Position numbers and translations under genes: made by a program
Source: an uncultured Methanomicrobiaceae archaeon
GTDB taxonomy: Archaea > Halobacteriota > Methanomicrobia > Methanomicrobiales > Methanoculleaceae
Direction: 5' to 3'
Length of the DNA: 64,000 nucleotides
Assembly (NCBI GenBank): GCA_963826525.1
Contig: CAWGXH010000004.1
Location: 608,001-672,000 of the forward strand
In this document: positions 34,180 to 44,746 of the stretch, in pieces
Layout: the number at the start of each line of letters is the position of its first letter
Numbering within the stretch: the stretch's first letter is position 1
The notes under the pieces: model-generated
The model's database searches: none
What the model was told of the DNA's origin: nothing
The model's input: only the letters and a program-made list of their open reading frames with translations

Positions 34180-34307
34180 GGTAATAGCAGCGAATCATGC
34201 TTCCCGAGGACTCGCGTACCTCGAGTACAACATGATACGTGAGTGGGCTTCACTGCTGGGTTCGGAATGGGTCCAGGTGTTTCCCCACTGCTATGGCCGC
34301 TATTACC
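34180..34307 (-). rRNA. rrf: 5S rRNA (unlinked copy)
   Basis: Reverse complement GGTAATAGCGGCCATAGCAGTGGGGAAACACCTGGACCCATTCCGAACCCAGCAGTGAAGCCC...GCTGCTATTACC; terminal helix pairs; own TTATAT box upstream. Confidence 0.96.
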
Positions 34308-34605
34308 ACGCTACTATACTATTCGGCCTTCGGAGATATAAGGATAGTGCTCCTCTCCCTGTGGACGGCTCCGGGGTATGACAGAGGTGCTCCGATCGCT
34401 GCCCGGCCCCGGGCAGGGGGCACCTCGTGCGAAGAGTCTCCGAACCCCCGGGGCTACCGGGAACGGGCGATTTGGCGACTAACCGGCCGCGCATAATTTT
34501 TTAAGAGAAGAGAACGATCTCTATATGCACCGGGGTTCCTGAACACCGGGAATTACTGAGATTTCGCCGCATTTCCCCGATGCCCTATACAGCAAGAGTC
34601 ATTTT

Positions 34606-34681
34606 GGGCCCGTCAGCTTAGTCCGGTCAGAGCGCCCGGCTCATAACCGGGCGGTCGTGGGTTCGAATCCCTCCGGGCCCA
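34606..34681 (+). tRNA. tRNA with CAT anticodon, most likely tRNA-Ile2 (agmatidine-modified)
   Basis: GGGCCCG/CGGGCCC-A acceptor typical of archaeal Ile tRNAs, CCCGG-CTCATAA-CCGGG, no intron; one extra C before AGCT. Confidence 0.88.
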
Positions 34682-34921
34682 CTCCTAATCCTGAAAGTCC
34701 GTAGATTAGCCCCCACTTTTGGTCAGAACCTGCCCGATACCGGGAGGTGAGGCGGCAGGATCAGGGCATACTTTTCATCCGGTACCGTTATTTCACCCCG
34801 GCAGATACACCGACGAACAGATCGGGCGACCTCTCTGACTGCTTCCGCAGGAGGAGAGCAATTCCTGCCTCGCCACAGCAAACCTTACGTGCAGGGAGTG
34901 TGTAGTTCAGTGTGATCGCCA

Positions 34922-35966
34922 GTGACTACGCCAACCATCTCCCCCCCGGTCAGGCTGCTCCTCATCGGGGCGGGAATCGTCATCGTGTTCGGGGGGGTGC
35001 GGACCGCAACCCCGATCCTCGGCCCGCTGCTCCTCGCCGTCTTCCTCGCTATGGTCACCATCCCGCTGCTGCGCTGGCTCGAAAGGCGGGGGCTGCCCAC
35101 CGCTGCTGCGTTCGGAGTCCTCATCGCAGGACTGGTCGCAGCCTCTCTCGGTCTAGCGGCATTCGTCGGCGCGGCGTTCAACCGAGCTCGTCGAGACGCT
35201 GCCGGTCTATCAGGAGCAGGTGCAGATCCGGATCTCCGATCTGGAGTCGATTCTGGCGGCATCCGGGGTCAACACAGCGTCACTGCAGCTCTACGACCTG
35301 ATCGACCGGGGCGTGATCGTCAGTCAGCTGGCAGCCTTTGTGAGCAGCCTCGGCACCGCCGTATTCGACATCACTCTTATTCTGATAGGAACCGGCTTTC
35401 TACTGCTCGAGGCATCCCGGTTCTCCACCGGGATAGAACGGCGGCTCGGAGCGGACAGCCCGCTGATCGGCCGGTTCCGACAGTCCAGCCGGATTCTCAT
35501 CGACTACATCGTGGTCAGGACGAAGGTCAACCTGATCACCGGGATCGGTGTCGGGGGCTTCCTCTACGCACTTGGGGTGGACTTCGCCCTGCTATGGGGG
35601 CTTCTCACCTTCGTTCTGAGTTATATCCCCTACCTCGGCCTCGCCCTGGCAGCCCTTCCGGCTGTGATCCTGGCATGGCTGGAGCTTGGGCCCCTCGCCG
35701 TGCTGATCATCCTCGTCGGGATCACCATCATCAATTTCATCGCGGAAAATGTCTTTTTCCCACAGATAGCCAGCGAAGGGCTTGACCTCTCACCCTTCAT
35801 CGTCCTGGCATCGGTCATCTTCTGGGGATTCATCCTTGGTGCGGCAGGAGTCTTCCTCGCCGTGCCCCTGACACTCGCCGTGAAGATGCTCCTTGAGAAC
35901 TGGCAGGAAACACGCTGGCTTGCAGTGCTGATGAGCTCGAGTGACCGGCAAGACGAGCAGGCATAG
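34922..35966 (+). CDS. AI-2E family transporter; frameshift near 35184
   Basis: PLLRWLERRGLP, GVDFALLWG...SYIPYLG, LSPFIVLASVIFWG...GVFLAVPLT. Confidence 0.92.
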
Positions 35967-36059
35967 AACGTACATGTTGTACCGGACTGGGCATCCCCAC
36001 GTTCCCCCACCAGCAGCACGCCATAAGACTTTTCTCTCCTTCGCCCAGAGGGGAGGGGC

Positions 36060-36434
36060 ATGTTTGAGCGGATGGGCGGAAGTTCGGGCAGGAACATCGG
36101 GTTTCGAATAAGTGGAATGCTCACCGGAGAGGAGGCGAAGGCGATCCTCGTCCCGGAACTGCACCGAGCTATCGAAGCGTACAGCTACGTTCACCTGCTG
36201 CTGCACCTCGACGGGTTCAAGGGGATGACATCCGGAGCGATAATTGAGGAACTGAAGAACTCCCCCGAAATACAGCAGATCAAGCGCATAGCCATCGTCG
36301 GCGACCCGGGTGCAGGGGAGCTGGCGGCGGTGCAGCTCTTCGGGGCATTCCTCCTCCCCACCGGTACCAGAATCCAGCACTTCCGGAGCGACGCAATCCA
36401 GCAGGCATGGGACTGGCTATACGAAGAGGAGTAG
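36060..36434 (+). CDS. SpoIIAA-like (STAS/SEC14) protein, copy 1
   Basis: IGFRISGMLT, RIAIVGD, AWDWL. Confidence 0.8.
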   Translation: MFERMGGSSGRNIGFRISGMLTGEEAKAILVPELHRAIEAYSYVHLLLHLDGFKGMTSGAIIEELKNSPEIQQIKRIAIVGDPGAGELAAVQLFGAFLLPTGTRIQHFRSDAIQQAWDWLYEEE

Positions 36435-36540
36435 TGCCCGAACGTAAGAGAAGCGGGCAACAGAAGGCCGGAGGGGATCTTCCACAACAGATATCTGCTG
36501 TGAAACAGTATCCACGAGCCATCGGAGCGGGAGGGAAGCC

Positions 36541-36981
36541 ATGCAACCAGCGGGCGAAAGAGGGGCGGATCAGCGGGGAGGGATCGTAGCGGCGATACTC
36601 ATCGTCATCGCCCTTCTTTTTGCTCTTGCCGGCACTGCTGCGGCTCTGGCCGCAATTTCGCCCGGGAACTCTGGAGACGACCGATACGGCGAGGCGCTCC
36701 GTGAACTCGACCAGACACTCATCGAACTCGAGCACCTTGACGAGCGCACCTCAGAGACAGCAGTCCGGGACGCACGGGAGAAGGCCTCTGTCGCCGCCCG
36801 GGCGGTACACGAAGCGGCAGGTGCGGATACCCACGGCCTCGCCGAGGCTTTTGAGGCTCTGGACAGGGCTTTCGCAGCGCTCCCGGAGGATGCTTCAGGG
36901 CCTGAGGCAGCCGGCGCGATCCGTGAGGAGGTGATCGCGCTCAGAGCAGCATGGCACCAGTGCTTCACTCGCCGGGGTTGA
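36541..36981 (+). CDS. Secreted or anchored alpha-helical protein, paralog of 43965
   Basis: Hydrophobic N-terminus; LPEDASGPEA...IREEV..LRAA. Confidence 0.65.
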   Translation: MQPAGERGADQRGGIVAAILIVIALLFALAGTAAALAAISPGNSGDDRYGEALRELDQTLIELEHLDERTSETAVRDAREKASVAARAVHEAAGADTHGLAEAFEALDRAFAALPEDASGPEAAGAIREEVIALRAAWHQCFTRRG

Positions 36982-37080
36982 GCAGGGATCTTCTTCCCAG
37001 GTAGGTTTTTCATACTTCACCGGGTCTGCATGGATTCTGGTACCCATACTATTATGAACTCCCGGCAGGAGTTTGGATAC

Positions 37081-37491
37081 ATGATCGAACTGCTGCACGC
37101 GAGCGTGGGAAACATCATCGGGTATCGGATCAGCGGAATCCTCACCGGGCATGATCTAACCGGGATCCTCATCCCGGATCTTGAGCGGGTGTTCATCGAG
37201 TACGGATCGATCCGGCTGCTCCTCGAGATCAGGGGCTTTCAGGGCGAAGACCCGGACGCAGCCCTGCAGAAGGCGATTCCAGGTGACCTGCCCGGGTCTA
37301 TTGAACGTCTGGCCGTCATCGTCCCGGAAGAGGAGCGTGACGCCTGGACGGGGACGGGGCTGCAGTCCGTCCTCGCATCGGCCGGTGCCGTTGCCCGGTT
37401 CTTCCCGCCCGGACGGCAGGAAGAGGCGTTGGACTGGGTAGCGGCGGGCGGAAAGCATACGACAGAGCTGACATCGACGTTCGGGCGCTGA
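37081..37491 (+). CDS. SpoIIAA-like protein, copy 2
   Basis: IGYRISGILT, IRLLLEI, RLAVI, RFF...EALDWV. Confidence 0.8.
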   Translation: MIELLHASVGNIIGYRISGILTGHDLTGILIPDLERVFIEYGSIRLLLEIRGFQGEDPDAALQKAIPGDLPGSIERLAVIVPEEERDAWTGTGLQSVLASAGAVARFFPPGRQEEALDWVAAGGKHTTELTSTFGR

Positions 37492-37542
37492 TCCACCCGG
37501 GAAAGGAGAACGCTTATCTGTTTTGACTGCGAAAGGGCAACC

Positions 37543-37959
37543 ATGCTTGACCGGATGAAAGAGAGTTCAGGATGCGTGGTCGGGTTTCGGTTCGACGGGA
37601 AACTGAGCGAGAGCGATTACCAGGCAACGCTCCTCCCAGAGCTCGAAAAGGTTCTTGAAACGTGCGATAACGCCAGGATTCTCCTGAAGATCGAGAGGTT
37701 CCACAGCTGGATGCCGGGGGGCTACTGGGAGGAACTGAAGACCTGGCCGGGGATCGCCTCCGTCGACCGGATCGCCATCGTCGGCGGAGAGCAGTGGCGA
37801 GAGTGGATGACTCACCTCCCGGGACTCTTCGTCGGTTTCACCGATATCGACGTTCGGTACTTCCGGGAGAGCCGCCAGGTGGATGCATGGGGCTGGCTCG
37901 GAAGGGACGAGCCTCAGACCGCCCCCCGCGAGACGATGCCGATGCAGGGACGCGGATAA
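37543..37959 (+). CDS. SpoIIAA-like protein, copy 3
   Basis: VGFRFDGKLSESDY, RIAIVG...W, VRYF...AWGWL. Confidence 0.85.
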   Translation: MLDRMKESSGCVVGFRFDGKLSESDYQATLLPELEKVLETCDNARILLKIERFHSWMPGGYWEELKTWPGIASVDRIAIVGGEQWREWMTHLPGLFVGFTDIDVRYFRESRQVDAWGWLGRDEPQTAPRETMPMQGRG

Positions 37960-38022
37960 TCCGGCGAGACGGGGGGCGGGAGAACCTTTTTTACCCCGGC
38001 AGGTGCACATCTCTGCAATCCG

Positions 38023-38911
38023 ATGAACTACCGAGCCGATGACGGCGGGTGGATCCGCTTCTCCCGTCCCGAACCGGGGGAGCTCCGCCGTCAGGGCCTG
38101 CTGCCCGTGGATATGCACGTCCACACAAACCATTCGGACTCGCCGACGAGGGTGAGGGATGCCCTCAAACTCGCCGCCCGACAGGGGATCGGGCTCTCCA
38201 TCACCGACCACAACCGGATAAGCGGTGTCCTCGAAGCCCTGCGGCTGGATACCGGCGTTCCGGTCGTCCCCGGGATCGAGGTCAGTGCGGACGACGGGCC
38301 GCATATCCTCCTCTATTTTTCCTCATACGGAGACCTTCGGGAGTTCTATGCCCGGCACATCGAGAGAAATACACGGTCGGCCCCGTATATCGGGATACGG
38401 CTGACTACGGAGGAGATCCTCGACGCCCGGGAGGGCTACCCATGCGTCGTTGCAGAGGCGCACCCGTGCGGATACGTCTTCCTGAACCGGGGGATAGAAC
38501 GGGGTATCAACGGGGAGTGCATCGGCGAAGATCTCTTCTCCCGCCTCGACGCCCTCGAGGTGATCTGCGGCGGGATGGCACGGGCGCATAACCGGAGAGC
38601 GGCGGAGGCTCGCCAATAAACACCAGCTTGGGCGAACAGGAGGAACCGACGGGCACCTCCTGTACGAACTCGGCGGGGTCGTCACCTGCCCCTACGCCGA
38701 GACAACGGAAGAACTCCTGGAGGCTGTCCTCCGACGGGAGACGATCATAATCGGCCAGGAGAAGACGATATTCGGCAAGGCGGTGATGGGGACGGCAGTC
38801 CTGCCACACCACCTCCCGTATACGGTGCCGATCCTCCGGAGCCGGTGGGAGCAGAACCTACCCCGCATCGAGAGGTTCGTGCAGTCCCGGCGTACCAGAA
38901 AAAAAGGATAG
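38023..38911 (+). CDS. PHP-domain phosphoesterase; frameshift near 38608
   Basis: DMHVHTNHSD, ITDHN, PGIEV, EAHP, GGTDGH. Confidence 0.88.
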
Positions 38912-39088
38912 TCGTTGGGGATCGAACTCTGCCGGCGTCCACTCCCGGGCAGATGGTCGACAGGCTCATACCGCTCCCGTTCCCTGAACTGCTCCGGAAT
39001 GCGGGTACGGTACCGGCGTTGTTTCTGCTCGCCATCACGGGAAGTGAAAGATATTCGAACGGAATGCAGCGTAAGCCCGGGTATCCCC

Positions 39089-40519
39089 TCACCCGAGCGG
39101 GGAGAAGAGTCGGGAGATCGATTCCTTGATCCGGATCCGGGTCGGCCGCTCTGCATAGCGGTCCGGCGTTACCTCGGTGCAGACGGCGAGATCCTCGGTA
39201 AATCGCCGCTTCATCTCGATCCCGACGGCTGAGTCGTAGAAGAAGGCGTTCGCCTCGAAGTTCAGCCGGAAACTGCGGACGTCCCAGTTCGCACTGCCCA
39301 CCGACCCCGCTCTGCCGTCGACCACGATGGTCTTTGCATGGATGAAGCCGTTGTCGTAGGTGTAAACCCGAACTCCCGCATCGAGCAGGTCGGCGGCGAA
39401 GGAGAGGGACGCCCAGTAGACGAAAGGGTGGTCGGGCTTGCAGGGGATCATCAGCCGGACATCGACGCCGGAGAGCGCTGCGAGTCGCAGGGCGTCAGAG
39501 ATGCTCTCGTCGGGGATGAAGTAGGGCGTCTGGACGTAGCAGGACTCCCGGGCGGAGTTGATCAACTTGATGTAGCCCTCTTTGATGGGGTTCCAGCGGG
39601 TGTCAGGGCCCCCGGAGACGATCTGGACCGGGGTGGTGCCGGGCTCTTTAACCTCAGGGAAGTACTGTCCGGTCGCCTCCATCGACTCGTCTGTTGCGAA
39701 ATGCCAGTCCAGGAAAAACCGGAGTTGCAGCAGGCTCACGGCCTGTCCGGTGATCATCACCGCGGTATCCCGCCAGTAACCCATCGGTCCCTTGCCCAGG
39801 TACTCGTCCCCGATGTTGAACCCGCCGATAAAGCCGACAGCGCCGTCGATGACGACTATCTTTCGGTGGTTCCGGTAGTTGAGGCGGTAGATCGAGGGGA
39901 AGAAGACACCGATCTTCCCGCCGGCGTCGGTCAGTTCACGGAAGGCCTCCTTCGACCCCCCGCCGGCCCGGGTTCCCAGGGCATCGAAGAGCAGTCGGAC
40001 CTCGAGACCCTCCCTGGCTTTTCCAGCGAGCGCGTGGACGACTTCCCGCCCGAGCTCGTCGTTGTTCACGATGAAGTATTCGAGATGGATATGGTGGCGG
40101 GCGTTCCCGATCGCTGCAAAAAGTGCATCGAACTTCTCTTTTCCATCGGTATAGAGATCGATGCGATTATTCTCGGTCAGAAACGCCCGGTTGTTCTGGA
40201 GCAGGGCAAAGATGATATCGCGATAGGGTTCCGCATCGGGATTCGAGAACCGGTGTGTCCGGTCGGCCAGATCCAGGTGCTGCTCTTCGAAGATCGCCCT
40301 GAGAATCCGATCGTCCTTCTCCTTGATGGCGAACATCTTCTGCCGCGTGTAGTTCTGTCCGAAGAGCAGGTAGAGCACAAAGCCGATAGGGGGAAGGAAG
40401 AAGAGAACCATCAACCATGCCAGCGCCGCCGTGGGATTTTTCCGCTCGAAGAAGACGACAACAATGGCAAAGAGGATATTGACGAGGACGATGATGCTGA
40501 AGATGAGCGACCAATCCAT
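39089..40519 (-). CDS. cls: Cardiolipin synthase (ClsA-type, two N-terminal TM helices)
   Basis: Two HKD motifs: NHRKIVVIDG...GGFN and HAKTIVVDG...GSAN. Confidence 0.94.
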   Translation of the reverse strand: MDWSLIFSIIVLVNILFAIVVVFFERKNPTAALAWLMVLFFLPPIGFVLYLLFGQNYTRQKMFAIKEKDDRILRAIFEEQHLDLADRTHRFSNPDAEPYRDIIFALLQNNRAFLTENNRIDLYTDGKEKFDALFAAIGNARHHIHLEYFIVNNDELGREVVHALAGKAREGLEVRLLFDALGTRAGGGSKEAFRELTDAGGKIGVFFPSIYRLNYRNHRKIVVIDGAVGFIGGFNIGDEYLGKGPMGYWRDTAVMITGQAVSLLQLRFFLDWHFATDESMEATGQYFPEVKEPGTTPVQIVSGGPDTRWNPIKEGYIKLINSARESCYVQTPYFIPDESISDALRLAALSGVDVRLMIPCKPDHPFVYWASLSFAADLLDAGVRVYTYDNGFIHAKTIVVDGRAGSVGSANWDVRSFRLNFEANAFFYDSAVGIEMKRRFTEDLAVCTEVTPDRYAERPTRIRIKESISRLFSPLG

Positions 40520-40774
40520 ATCGGGAACCTCTCTGCCGTGCCATCTTTTTCCGACACGCGAAAGGGGCATCCTCCGAGCGCCGAACTGCAAATAAAACCT
40601 CTTGTCCTGGTGGTATATAAAATAGGTGTCTCCGGCAGGGGCGGCTCTCCGGGGGCAAGTGAAGAGGGGAATTTATATATCTCAGTGTATGGATTGTGCC
40701 GGTATACTTGCGCATATCTGCCGTGCGTCGACCGGGGGGATGAACCGGTCACGCGGAGGAGCGCAGGAGGTATT

Positions 40775-41296
40775 ATGAGCGATCTTGTTGTCATAGCGTA
40801 TGGTGATGAATCCACGGCCTATACGGTTCGTGATAAACTGGCTGACCTTACCAAGGAGCACGTGATCGAGCTTGAGGACCTGGTCGTTGTCGTCCACCAT
40901 AAGGACGGAAAGACCGAGATAAAACAGAGCACCGACCTGGTCGGCCTCGGGGCGCTCTCCGGCGCTTTCTGGGGCCTGTTGATCGGACTTATCTTCTTCG
41001 TGCCGATCTTCGGTCTGGCGATAGGTGCGATTGCAGGCGCCCTCGGCGGGCGTTTCTCCGACTACGGCATCGATGACAAATTCATCAAGGAAGTGGCCGA
41101 GAATGTCCAGCCCGGGAATTCTGCCGTCTTTCTGCTGATCAAGAAGATGACGCCGGACAAGGTTGTCGACGCCATCAAGGGGTACCACGGCACCGTAATC
41201 CAGACGTCGCTCTCGAGCGAGGAGGAGGAACGTCTCCGCGACGCATTCAGCACCGGGACACCGGCAAAAGCCGAAGTGCCGCCACCCTCTCCGTAG
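40775..41296 (+). CDS. DUF1269-family glycine-zipper membrane protein
   Basis: MSDLVVIAY, GALSGAFWGLLIG, DYGIDDKFIKEV, PGNSAVFLL, TSLS. Confidence 0.9.
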   Translation: MSDLVVIAYGDESTAYTVRDKLADLTKEHVIELEDLVVVVHHKDGKTEIKQSTDLVGLGALSGAFWGLLIGLIFFVPIFGLAIGAIAGALGGRFSDYGIDDKFIKEVAENVQPGNSAVFLLIKKMTPDKVVDAIKGYHGTVIQTSLSSEEEERLRDAFSTGTPAKAEVPPPSP

Positions 41297-41451
41297 TCAT
41301 TTTTTAGAGCGGCGGAACAGAGCAACGATTCGGGAACACCGGGGCGACCCGTCCCCCGGCGTATAACCGATATCAGCGGGCGAGCCCGGTCCGTCCGCAC
41401 CAATGGGCGGCGGCGGCACTCACCCCGTACCGGCAACCACACCAGTAGGAA

Positions 41452-42078
41452 GTGATGGAGAGTATGCGTGATGTCAGAGTAGCCAGTTTTGAACGCGACG
41501 ATGCGGTGCATGTTGAATTCCGGTTTAAGGCGCTCGATCAACTTCTCGATTCGACAGATCCGTCTCCCCTGCCGGAGCGGGAGCTCACGGAGTTCGCCGA
41601 GGGGTATATCTCCGGGTATCTCAGAGAGTGCAGGCTGCAGAATCTCGCAGGGCTCGTCATCAGCCTCCCACAGAACCAGGTCTCCCCGGAGATGCTGATG
41701 CTCCTCCCCGACACCATCCGCCGGCAGTTCAGGTTTCGGTTAAGCGACCTCGACCACGAGACACGGCTTTCGCTGCGTGAAGGGAAGATAAGCCTAGCGA
41801 TTGCAGTCTTTAATGCCGCCATCGCAGTCCTGTTCGTCAGTGTCTTTGCGAGCTATCTCGAGTCGCTCGTTGTCATCCTCCTGGGCGGCCTGGTCACCAT
41901 CTTAAACTGGGTGACCATCTGGGACACCTACGAGTATTTCGTGTATGACTACCGGCACCTGGTGCACAGACGCAGGATCTATCGGAAGATTCCGACTCTG
42001 GAGATCCGGGTTCTGGGTTGGCCATCCGCCGATAACCCGGAGGAAACAGTTTCTATCGCCGACCGACAGACCGGGTGA
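41452..42078 (+). CDS. Hypothetical two-TM protein
   Basis: DPSPLPEREL soluble N-domain, then two TM helices ending WVTIW..YEY. Confidence 0.7.
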   Translation: MMESMRDVRVASFERDDAVHVEFRFKALDQLLDSTDPSPLPERELTEFAEGYISGYLRECRLQNLAGLVISLPQNQVSPEMLMLLPDTIRRQFRFRLSDLDHETRLSLREGKISLAIAVFNAAIAVLFVSVFASYLESLVVILLGGLVTILNWVTIWDTYEYFVYDYRHLVHRRRIYRKIPTLEIRVLGWPSADNPEETVSIADRQTG

Positions 42079-42398
42079 AGCCCCGGCGACGACTCCGGCA
42101 CCCCTAAGAGTGCCGTGCTCAACCGGCCTGCCGCAACACGCTGCCGCCTGACCTATGCGTATATATGCGGGTGCCGAATCCCGCCCGGGGTATGGGTATG
42201 GGTATGCACATGCGGGCTCTCCCGGCCTCAAAGAGGCAACGAGACTGCCCCGCCGGACAGCAATCGGAGCTCGAACGCAGGATGGCGGTGCAGGGATACC
42301 GGCTGAAGCCCGCAATCTGCGGGATCTCTCTCGTGGAATTCGGGAACCACTACTGTTCTACGGTCATGCCGTGACGGAGAACCGGCGAACCGGAGCCC

Positions 42399-42938
42399 TC
42401 AAAAGATAACCGAAAAGACCCCGAGCGACAGAAGGAGCAGCACGGTCGTGATCAAAATCCAGCCGATCGTGATGAAGAGGAGCGACAGTCTCCGGTCCCA
42501 CTGCAGTATCCAGCCGATGACGGCACTCGAATAGAGGCCGAGGAAAGGCACTGCCGGGAGGACAATGAGGGTTGCGGCACCGAATTTCGACAGAATCGTC
42601 ATCTTCTCCATCTTCTTTTCAGTGCGCTCAAGGAGGTCCCGGACACGCTCCGATGTCAGGGCAAAGGCATCGCAGATATAAAAGATGGCGAGCACCATGC
42701 CGATCTCCACGAGCGTCATGATAACGAGCACCACCAGGGGGGCGAGCCCCATGCCCAATCCGACAAAAGCGGCATTTGCCTGGAGAATGATCGTGGACGA
42801 GACCAGACTGAGCACCCGCCCGAACGAGATGCCGAGTGCAGAACCAAGGATCAGCGGAAGGAGCGTGGTAAAGAGAAAGGCGACCGCCAGCGCCTTTGCA
42901 GCCTGGCGCAACCAGGTGATCACTCTCGAGAGGTTCAT
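42399..42938 (-). CDS. Small multidrug-export-like membrane protein
   Basis: Hydrophobic; KFGAATLIVLPAVPFLGLY. Confidence 0.6.
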   Translation of the reverse strand: MNLSRVITWLRQAAKALAVAFLFTTLLPLILGSALGISFGRVLSLVSSTIILQANAAFVGLGMGLAPLVVLVIMTLVEIGMVLAIFYICDAFALTSERVRDLLERTEKKMEKMTILSKFGAATLIVLPAVPFLGLYSSAVIGWILQWDRRLSLLFITIGWILITTVLLLLSLGVFSVIF

Positions 42939-43188
42939 GTGTTCTTACCATCCAGGCTACAGCCGGATTCCACTTTTCCAGGTGTGCAGAGAGAGCCGGA
43001 GGAGTATAAAAAAATACCGGATACTCCTGGCCTGACCCGCCGTCAGTAACCATCCAGGCGGGTCAGTGACTCAAATTCCATCCGGACGGGCTGCTCGTCA
43101 TACCGATCGCCTGCCGGCAGACCACGGTTTCCAGACCGATGCGGAGCAGATATATATAGTATCATCGAACCCTTCGCATGGTGTTATT

Positions 43189-43739
43189 ATGGTCAATGTA
43201 AAGTTCGGCGCCAGCTCCCTGAGTCCGGCGCAGTTGTGGCTCCGCCCCGCTGGCTTGTGCTGCTCCTCGGGATTATCGCGATCCTCTTTGGTTTTCTCTT
43301 CTTCGTCTACCCCGTCCAGACGCTGACGCTTCTCGTCACTTTCCTCGGCATCTACTGGTTGTTCAACGGTATCGTCGTCCTGTTCAGCCTCTGGACCGAT
43401 AAAACCGGACGGGGCTGGAAACTGCTGGTCAGTATCCTCGGTATCCTTGCAGGAATTCTCGTGCTCGCCTATCCCCTCTACAGCGCAATTCTCATCCCGA
43501 CCTTCCTTGCCATATTCATCGGCGTGGAGGGGCTGATCATCGGGGCAGTCTACCTGATGCAGGGATTTTCCGGCGGAGGGTGGGGAACCGGGATTCTCGG
43601 CATCTTAAGCATCGTCTTCGGGCTGATCCTGATCGCAAACCCATTGATCGCCGCCGCCGGCCTGGTGCTGCTCTTTGCAGGACTCGCCATCATCGGCGGG
43701 GTTGCGGCGATCATCCTTGCCTTCCGGATGCCGCGGTGA
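43189..43739 (+). CDS. HdeD/DUF308 membrane protein; 5' frameshift near 43236
   Basis: Repeated GI..I..G...P helical hairpins. Confidence 0.85.
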
Positions 43740-43964
43740 CGGAGGAACCCGAAGGGAGGGGCGTTCATCTCCCCTCTTTTCCGTTCCCGAAGAGGCGTAC
43801 TTCTGTGAACGGATAGTCCCCGGCTTGGGAGGAGACAGGGTGCCTCTGCCTGACGGGCGGAGCATCGACCATCCGGATCGAGTTTTGGCATCCCGTTATT
43901 TTTATATAGCGCCAATTATATTCTCACCCCGAGCAGTAATTGCTATTCTGCTCGGGAGATAGAT

Positions 43965-44382
43965 ATGAAAACGTGGATGTTTTTCGTCGCTGGAGCCCTT
44001 ATCCTGGTCTGTGCCGCTGCCGGGTGCACCCAGCCAACCCAGCAACAGGCGGAGGCACAGCTCTGCCAGAATCTTGATGACCTCGGAGTAGCGCTTCAGA
44101 ATATGCAGAACCTCAACGCAACCTCTTCTGTGGGAGATATTCGGGCTGCACGGGATCAGGCGCAGTCTGCCATGAATAATGTCAGGAACTCTGCAAACCA
44201 GCTCGCCAACGTCCGTATCGACGACCTCAACACGGCGTACAATAACCTCGATCAGACCGTGCAGGCTCTTCCCAACGATGCAAGCGTCCCTGAGGCACTC
44301 CAGACCATCCGCCCGGAGGTGCAGGATGTCCGGGCTGCACGGCAGAACCTCAGTGCAGCAGCTGAACTGCACGCAACAGTGA
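43965..44382 (+). CDS. Helical lipoprotein, paralog of 36541; frameshift near 44357
   Basis: Lipobox AAGC; corrected C-terminus QLNCTQQ* supplies a second Cys to pair with QLCQ. Confidence 0.75.
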
Positions 44383-44746
44383 CGGGCAGAAACCCGGAGC
44401 GAGGAGCGGCCACAGGTTCGGGGGATCCGGTGACCGGCCTGTGCGAGGACTGATGTGCAGCAACAAGCGTGGAGAGAGACCCGGAAGGCATCAGAAGAAG
44501 CAATGTCCGGGGCGATGGATCACTCTTCTCCTCTCTTCATTATCGGGAATCCGTTACGATACCATGGGAAGGAGGGTAGAGAGATCCGGCTTCCATTCAG
44601 GTAACCTCGCTCGCCTCCTCACGATCCAATAATCGATCGCACGTAAAAGGTATGGCCACACATTTATATCTCAGTGTGAATATTCACGTTCTGTTCCCGC
44701 AACGGTATCCTATCGGATTCACGTGGAGAACAGGGAGAAACGATAC

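Noticed and set aside
34606-34681. tRNA-Met assignment
   Set aside because: Lacks the initiator A1-U72 pair, and the GGGCCC acceptor stem fits archaeal Ile2; not fully excluded
39338-41296. 652-aa plus-strand ORF
   Set aside because: Antisense shadow of cls running into the real DUF1269 gene, which has its own GGAGG RBS and ATG at 40775
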